43,577 nt of DNA from IMG/VR virus record IMGVR_UViG_3300045988_012481, positions 1 through 43,577 of that record; one strand, written 5' to 3'. The first letter of the stretch is position 1, and every line of letters starts with the position of its first letter. Source of the stretch: a virus. The position numbers were made by a program, and so were the translations under genes. The notes under the pieces were generated by a model. The model ran no database searches. It saw nothing but the letters and a program-made list of their open reading frames with translations, and was not told where the DNA came from. Positions 37,887 through 43,577 of the stretch are shown one piece after another.

Positions 37887-40015
37887 TAAACAACCAACCT
37901 CCTTCCGTATTTGTCTGAAATGATTTTGCCGTTCTTGTCATGGACTGCGCCGGAATCAGAAAGTGCTTTAGGCAGGCGATAATAAATAAGGACGCAACCC
38001 GGTGCACCGTCAGTCCCGCTTGTTCCTGCTCCGCCTGCTCCTCCAGATTCTGATGAATAAGTTGCGTTGAGCGTTACAGCGCCTACACCGCCGCCGCCAC
38101 CGCCACCGTGTCCGCCGTGTCCACCAGCGCCGTATATAGTCGGTGCTATAATTGCATCTGGAGTTCCACCGTTTCCTCCTGTATAGCCATGAATTGTTCG
38201 CAGGCCGCCACTGTTCATAATGGCATTTCCGCCATCCGAACCATTTATGCCATACGCAGCGCCACCACCGCCACCGCCAGAACCGCCTACAACGGTTCCA
38301 TCTCTTTTGGTTCCACGAACGCCAGTTCCACCCTTTCCTCCGAGATATGTTAAAACATCGCCTCCCGAATTGCCGCTCACCTTTTCGTCGGTGCTTGGAG
38401 CACCTCCATCACCGCCATCTGCGCCTGTGATTCCATCGGTTCCCCATACACCATACGTTATTCCCATTGTCGGTTCAAAAAATCCCTCAGAAGATGATGC
38501 GCCATCTTGCGATGTATATCCCGCGAAAGAAGTGTCCGTGCCAGCTGTTCCTGCATTCACAGTATCAGAGGAATATTCTCCGCCTACTCCTTTAACGCCG
38601 ATTTTTGCATTGAATTGATCGTTTGGAGTTACTTTCAGTTCGATAGTATAAATTTTTCCGCCCTTGCCTGCGGTTCCTCCTTTTCCTCCTTTTCCTCCTT
38701 TTCCGGGGCGTATTCCGTGGGTATTGGTAGCTTCATCTGTACTTTCGCCGTTTTCACCGCGTTCGCCTGAATCGCCGCCTGCACCGCCGCCAATCAGAAC
38801 AATACGGACACTTGTAACTCCATCCGGCACAGTCCACGTCCCGTCTTTGGTCAGAACCTCAACCGTATCGTAATACTCCTGTTCGCCGATATCCTGCGGC
38901 TTATAGCCGACCAGCACGCTTTCTTGCGCTGCCAGTCTACCGGACACGGTAACGTCTGCACTTTCAATACATCCGCTTACTTCACCGCCGTAAGGGTGCG
39001 TAATCTGCACTACATCGCCGGGAATTTCGCGCTTGATGGCGATTTTGTTGTTGATGCGCTCATTGTGGCTGTAATATTCGGCAAGGCGTTCCGCAACAGC
39101 GTTTGCGTTTACCAGAGATACAAGCGTTGCGTTCTCAACCTTTACCGTGTTGTCAGACTGTTTAACCAGACTGCGGCTGCGGGTGTTTGTCGGGGTGATA
39201 ATCTGTCGCGTAACGTGAGTGTACTTCTTGCCATTCAGCACGCCGGAACCGGCGGTAACGATAGCATAGTTTGCGCCGCTTTCTGTGATTTCAAAGCCTG
39301 TGGCTTCGAGATCATAGCACGGGTCTTCAAACGTGATCTTATCGCCCGCTGAGGTAGTGCCGTTGAACAGTTCCGTAACTTCCGTTGTGCTCTGCGAATA
39401 GGCGTGCTCAGTAACGATAACCTCCGTAACCGGAGTTGCATATTCTACCGAGCCGCCCGCATACATTTCACTTGCAGTGATTTCGCTGGACTGTCCGTCC
39501 CACAAACCCTCAATGCGGATTGCACCGTTATAGTCCACTTTAAGCGTTGCACCGATAGCAAACAGCACTTGCGCAAGGTTTTCGCGCCGCGTTGCAATAG
39601 GAAGCCAACCGTACAGCTTGATGTTGGCAATGTTGGACTTCACATAACAGGTCAGCGGCTTGCAAATGTCCGTACACACTTCGCGCACAGTTTCGCCGGT
39701 ATAAATACCGCCATCGTGGTAGGTTTCATCCAGCAAGCCAACGGTCGAGGTGCAAGTAAAGTGGTAAGTGTTGATAGAGGTGCGTGAGATTGTCTGCACA
39801 TAAAAAATCCCCATCTGATTTCCGTCATGGTAGAAAGTCAGTGGGGTGTTACGGATAAACTCCGTTAAACTGGTATCATCCGACTGCACATCAAAGGAAA
39901 ACGTGTCGATTTCCAGCGAGGCACTGTTCAGCGGACGCGCATAGTACGCATTTCCGCTGATTACATCGTGTGCATCGAACGTGCGGTCAAGATATGTGAT
40001 TGTATTGGTTCCCAT
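37886..40015 (-). CDS. Tail tip/baseplate protein with C-terminal glycine-rich domain (709 aa)
   Basis: Follows the tape measure and a small tail protein. The C-terminal ~300 aa is dominated by GGxGG tracts (GGGAGGDSGERGENG, GKGGKGGKGGTAGKGG, GGHGGHGGGGGGG). Confidence 0.7.
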   Translation of the reverse strand: MGTNTITYLDRTFDAHDVISGNAYYARPLNSASLEIDTFSFDVQSDDTSLTEFIRNTPLTFYHDGNQMGIFYVQTISRTSINTYHFTCTSTVGLLDETYHDGGIYTGETVREVCTDICKPLTCYVKSNIANIKLYGWLPIATRRENLAQVLFAIGATLKVDYNGAIRIEGLWDGQSSEITASEMYAGGSVEYATPVTEVIVTEHAYSQSTTEVTELFNGTTSAGDKITFEDPCYDLEATGFEITESGANYAIVTAGSGVLNGKKYTHVTRQIITPTNTRSRSLVKQSDNTVKVENATLVSLVNANAVAERLAEYYSHNERINNKIAIKREIPGDVVQITHPYGGEVSGCIESADVTVSGRLAAQESVLVGYKPQDIGEQEYYDTVEVLTKDGTWTVPDGVTSVRIVLIGGGAGGDSGERGENGESTDEATNTHGIRPGKGGKGGKGGTAGKGGKIYTIELKVTPNDQFNAKIGVKGVGGEYSSDTVNAGTAGTDTSFAGYTSQDGASSSEGFFEPTMGITYGVWGTDGITGADGGDGGAPSTDEKVSGNSGGDVLTYLGGKGGTGVRGTKRDGTVVGGSGGGGGGAAYGINGSDGGNAIMNSGGLRTIHGYTGGNGGTPDAIIAPTIYGAGGHGGHGGGGGGGVGAVTLNATYSSESGGAGGAGTSGTDGAPGCVLIYYRLPKALSDSGAVHDKNGKIISDKYGRRLVV

Positions 40016-40018
40016 GTG

Positions 40019-40396
40019 TCACGTCCTTTGCGGTGCCATTGCGATAAACTGAACGGAAAGTCCCGTCCAGTATGATTCTCCGGGTTTCTTGCGGATGAGA
40101 TTGTCTTGTCCGGCAGTAACATATGCGTTAAACGTAAGCGTGCTCTGTGCATACGGAACAACAATTCTGTGACTGTCCTGCGGTGCACTCAGAACCTCGT
40201 ACAGCGCATCGTAGTCGCCGTACTTGCCAACTGCGGGAAGAATCGTAATCTCGTAGTTGTAAAACGTACCGATAATGTCGCGAATCATTGCGCCGCTGAG
40301 CGTTCGCTCTGCGTTCTCGCCGTCAAGCACCTGAAATTTACGGGTAAGGCTTGTAACAAGGACGTTGTACTTCTTTCCGTCTACGGTAAGTTCCAT
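40019..40396 (-). CDS. Small distal-tail-like protein (125 aa)
   Basis: TAAATG coupling to the tape measure stop. Assigned by position only. Confidence 0.5.
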   Translation of the reverse strand: MELTVDGKKYNVLVTSLTRKFQVLDGENAERTLSGAMIRDIIGTFYNYEITILPAVGKYGDYDALYEVLSAPQDSHRIVVPYAQSTLTFNAYVTAGQDNLIRKKPGESYWTGLSVQFIAMAPQRT

Positions 40397-43150
40397 TTAT
40401 GCACCTCCTGTTACAAGACTTACGCCGCGCCGCCGCGTTTCGCCGCTGTTGTACGGGCCGGTAATGCGTGCAAACTTCGCGCCGTCGATGTAAAGCTCGA
40501 TAGGTTGACTGCTGTTGCCCGTGCCGCCGCGTGCGTCCAGTGCCGCGTTAAACGCATCAATCATGGTAGACAGCGGGGTTTCCACGTTCACGCCGCTTTT
40601 CTGATCGCCCAGCAGAGCGAGAAATTCACTGTTCGGACTGATAACCGCGCCGTTTGCAAGGGCGGGGATATCAAGTGCATACGCAGCAGTAGGAGAATCC
40701 AGCGAAAATGCGCTTAATCCGCCACCCAATGCGCCAACAAGCGACGAAATACCACTTCCAATGCCACTTCCAATTTTGCTAATCAGATTAAGGACAAAGG
40801 AAATAGCGTCACCCAGTTTCGTAATGGTATCTGTCAGTCCCTTGATAATAGAAATAACAGAAAAACCGATGAACTGAACGATAGGTTTGATAATGCTCCA
40901 AATCGTTTGCAGAATCGGAGCCAGCGCAGATACTACCTTATATACTGCCTGCAACGCCGCCGCAAGAAGATTGAGGATTGCCGGAACAGCTTCTTCGATA
41001 GTCCAGCTCGCAAGTGGAAGTAAAACGTTCTCCCATGCCCACGCAAGGCCGTTCATAATCAGGTCTACAACCGGTTCGAGCGCTGCCATGAAATTGTTAA
41101 ATGCCGTGACAAGAGGTTCAAAATTCAAACCGCTTGCCCAATCTGCCGTTGCCTGTGACATTTTATCAATTCCGGCTAATACATCATCAATGATTTTGAG
41201 GATGCTCTCCCAAACAGCTACGCCATTCCCGTTGTATTCCCACGCAGATTGCAGGTTTTCAGCCAGTGATTTTATCGTATTCTCAATATTCGTGATGATG
41301 GAAAGAATATTCGAGAAGATACTTTCGCCTAATCCTGCGTCAGACCACGCCGCAATAAACGCTTGACCGATAGAATTAACGAGGTTTACAACCGCCGTAA
41401 TCATTTGTATCAAGGTGTTTATCATCGTTTGTCCAGCATTACCATCGTTCCACGCAGCTAAAAACGCTTGACCGATTGCGCTAATTGCCTGAACCACCGT
41501 AGTAATGAGGGTCATAATGCTTTGCAGCATGATTTGTCCCGCATTACCATCGTTCCATGCCGCAATGAACGCCTGACCAATAGATGTGATAATCTGAATG
41601 ATCGTGTTCAGCAAGTTCATAATTGCTTGCAACATCTGTTCGCCCGTGTTGTTCGTGTTCCACGCATTGGTAAATGCCGTTGCAATGGCGGTAATCAGAT
41701 CGAAGATGGTTTGCAACAGCAGTTGAATATTGTTCAGCGTTTCAAGTCCGGTTCCGTTCGTCCAGATTGCCATAAACGACTGACCGATAGCGGAAACCAT
41801 GTCTTTCAGCGCAGAAAGAGCGTTCTTTGCGCTTTCAATAGTCTGCTGTCCGTACTGCGCCCACGAATCCTGAAATACTTTCCAGAAGTCAGTGAGCCAT
41901 TGCGGTGTCTGATTTTTTACTGCGGAATAATCCGTATCAAACTTAGGTGCGCTCGGGTCGGTCGTGTTACTGCTGTTATTGGTTAATTTCTGGACTGTAT
42001 CGAACGATGCAAGAGCCTTTTCAGCTTTCTTCGCAGACGATGCCGTGGAATCCAGTGCATCCGTTTGCTTGTTCAGTTCCGTTGCATTTTCCTGTGCCTG
42101 CTGTGCGGTCGTACCGAACACAGACGCGATAAACTGCGCCATCTGTGCCGTTACCTGTGCAAGAGCCTGCATCAGCTTATTCAGCCACGGAATAATAGAT
42201 TCATAGATAGGCTGAAACGCCGTCAGCAGGTTACTTTTCACCTGTCCAAACGACTTTGCAAACGTTTGGTTCGCAAGCAGAGCCTTGCCCAAACGGTCAG
42301 CCATTGCCGTAAGCGCTTTGGAAATCAAGTTGAAGAACAACGCGCCCGCAACGATAGATCGCAGACGCACACCGAACGACTGTACGCCGCCCGTTGCTTT
42401 CTTCATGGACTTTTGGCTGGAACGTCCGAAATTGGCGAATTTGGCTTTGAGCTTGTCAATCGCTGCGCCCAATTTGCCGCCGAGAAAATTTTGCAGACTT
42501 CCGACAGACGTTTTCAAGCCAGCGCCCAAACCCGCAATAACTCGTTTCAGCTTAGCCATTTTGGAATTTGTCTGACTTACGAAGTCATTCATTTCCGACT
42601 TGGACTGTTTCAGCCCGGCCTTCATGTTCTCTAACTGCGTGGTCTCATTGGCAAGGCTTTGCCGCACATTCTGACCGGCGCTGCTCATCGTGGATGATTG
42701 CTTGATCTCGGCAAGCTGTTGTTTCAGTTGTGCCGCTTTATCATCTGCGTTTCGCAGAGCTTCGCCCAATTTATCCGATTCAGCAACAAGCGAATTCAGC
42801 TTTTGCGCCGATTCCGAGAATTCCTCCTGTGGGATTGCGCCCGTTGCCGCCTGTTTCAGTTTGGTGTTGTAATCGCTCTGAGCCTTTTCAATCTCAGCGT
42901 TTACTTCATCCAACCGAGCAGCCAGACGTGCGGCTTCTTTCTCCGTTGCTGCAAGGTCGGCTTGCATTTTAATGCCCTTCGTGCCTCCAGCAGCTACCTT
43001 GTTCCACTGTTCAGCAAGTTTTTGTACCTTTGCGGCTTGTTTATCTACGGCGGCTGATTGCTTCTCAATGTCTTTCGTCATTTGTGCAATCTGCTTTTTC
43101 GCTTGTTCGTCGCTTACAGTAGCGTCGATTCTGATAGAGCCATCCGCCAT
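40397..43150 (-). CDS. Tape measure protein (917 aa)
   Basis: Largest gene. N-terminal coiled coil, long helical/hydrophobic middle with internal repeats, located after the chaperone genes. Confidence 0.9.
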   Translation of the reverse strand: MADGSIRIDATVSDEQAKKQIAQMTKDIEKQSAAVDKQAAKVQKLAEQWNKVAAGGTKGIKMQADLAATEKEAARLAARLDEVNAEIEKAQSDYNTKLKQAATGAIPQEEFSESAQKLNSLVAESDKLGEALRNADDKAAQLKQQLAEIKQSSTMSSAGQNVRQSLANETTQLENMKAGLKQSKSEMNDFVSQTNSKMAKLKRVIAGLGAGLKTSVGSLQNFLGGKLGAAIDKLKAKFANFGRSSQKSMKKATGGVQSFGVRLRSIVAGALFFNLISKALTAMADRLGKALLANQTFAKSFGQVKSNLLTAFQPIYESIIPWLNKLMQALAQVTAQMAQFIASVFGTTAQQAQENATELNKQTDALDSTASSAKKAEKALASFDTVQKLTNNSSNTTDPSAPKFDTDYSAVKNQTPQWLTDFWKVFQDSWAQYGQQTIESAKNALSALKDMVSAIGQSFMAIWTNGTGLETLNNIQLLLQTIFDLITAIATAFTNAWNTNNTGEQMLQAIMNLLNTIIQIITSIGQAFIAAWNDGNAGQIMLQSIMTLITTVVQAISAIGQAFLAAWNDGNAGQTMINTLIQMITAVVNLVNSIGQAFIAAWSDAGLGESIFSNILSIITNIENTIKSLAENLQSAWEYNGNGVAVWESILKIIDDVLAGIDKMSQATADWASGLNFEPLVTAFNNFMAALEPVVDLIMNGLAWAWENVLLPLASWTIEEAVPAILNLLAAALQAVYKVVSALAPILQTIWSIIKPIVQFIGFSVISIIKGLTDTITKLGDAISFVLNLISKIGSGIGSGISSLVGALGGGLSAFSLDSPTAAYALDIPALANGAVISPNSEFLALLGDQKSGVNVETPLSTMIDAFNAALDARGGTGNSSQPIELYIDGAKFARITGPYNSGETRRRGVSLVTGGA
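41225..41800. repeat. About six tandem ~105-nt (35-aa) repeats inside the tape measure gene
   Basis: Protein repeat IGQAF(I/L)AAWNDGNAGQ...; DNA gcattaccatcgttcca(c/t)gc at 41436 and 41541. Degenerate copies lie on both sides. Confidence 0.8.
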
Positions 43151-43165
43151 TTATTCACCGCCTTT

Positions 43166-43577
43166 CTAATTGATCTGCGCCCAAAAAGCGTCAATAGCTT
43201 CCTTTTCCTCTTCTGAAAGTGCGGGTGCAGGGGTTAAATTACGTTTGAGACGTTCGTATTCCTGTTTCTGTTTTCCCTTCATTTTGCTTGTGTCCGTGCC
43301 TCTGATTTGCAGGGCATGAGACATTGCCGAATCTTCGTTAAGGCTTTCCATCATTGCCATAAACTCAAACCAGTGCAGATTGACCTTGTGCAGCTCAATG
43401 CCGAACGTCTGCCGAAACGATGCGTACAACCGTGCAGAATCGAAATCGAACCACATCATGCGTTTACCGCCGGGTTCAATCTCTCTATCGTCGCCACAGC
43501 GAATAAACCACTGCAAACCTTCCAGTGCAATGTCAATGGGTGGCATCCCTGCTCCGTAAAGCAAGGATAATGCCACC
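43166..43577 (-). CDS. Gp15-like tail protein, C-terminal part (N-terminus is at 177..56 across the circular junction)
   Basis: The ORF is open to the window end, and the identical 55-nt overlap links it to 1..177. ...GLQWFIRCGDD...MMWFDFDSARLYASFRQTFGIELH... is the Gp15-family style. Confidence 0.7.
   Translation of the reverse strand, partial: VALSLLYGAGMPPIDIALEGLQWFIRCGDDREIEPGGKRMMWFDFDSARLYASFRQTFGIELHKVNLHWFEFMAMMESLNEDSAMSHALQIRGTDTSKMKGKQKQEYERLKRNLTPAPALSEEEKEAIDAFWAQIN

Noticed and set aside
1-43577. Alternative genetic code / stop-codon reassignment
   Set aside because: All large conserved genes (terL, portal, capsid, tape measure, int) are intact under the standard code. The single anomaly at 9774-9789 is better explained by a 1-nt frameshift.

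Overview
The window is a complete, circularly closed genome of a temperate siphovirus-type phage or excised prophage. Its non-redundant length is about 43.5 kb. Nt 1-55 are identical to nt 43523-43577, and a tail gene reads straight through that join. RBS style (GGAGG), gene families and G+C (a little above 50% by eye) point to a Firmicutes/Clostridia host; this is an inference. Nearly all genes are on the minus strand.

Modules in transcription order:
- cro-like gene and three mini membrane peptides (23900->23015).
- An HTH gene flanked by 30-bp repeats, next to an origin-like AT/polypurine region (23020->22498).
- Early/replication-recombination module (22467->9390). It holds Gp157, a Rad52-like annealase, a NinB-like protein, two HNH proteins, a homing HNH endonuclease, SSB, a replisome organizer, RusA, two DNA methyltransferase-like genes, DUF551, tandem Lar-like zinc ribbons, a lipoprotein, a MazG-like protein and a sigma-r4-type late regulator.
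- A ~0.5 kb highly structured non-coding leader (9350->8808).
- Packaging/head/tail module: TerS, TerL, portal, MuF, scaffold, capsid with Ig-like domain, connectors, tail tube, chaperones, then across the junction the tape measure and baseplate/fibre genes (8780->1, 43577->33401).
- Lysis cassette with holin-like proteins, a DUF4406-like protein and an amidase endolysin (33365->31488).
- A terminator-bounded seven-gene accessory cassette of low-complexity proteins (31271->28099).

The plus strand carries only the lysogeny module: a cI-like repressor behind a four-operator divergent switch, a low-G+C two-gene island, and a tyrosine integrase. Next to the integrase lies attP, which contains the 3' part of a tRNA-Thr(GGU) gene.

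Most interesting items:
- The four-module structured leader upstream of terS.
- The accessory cassette at the prophage end.
- The two-gene island between repressor and integrase, a candidate lysogen-expressed defence or exclusion system.
- Duplicated DUF4406-like genes, one of them inside the lysis cassette.

All functional calls come from reading the translations and motifs by eye. No database search was run.
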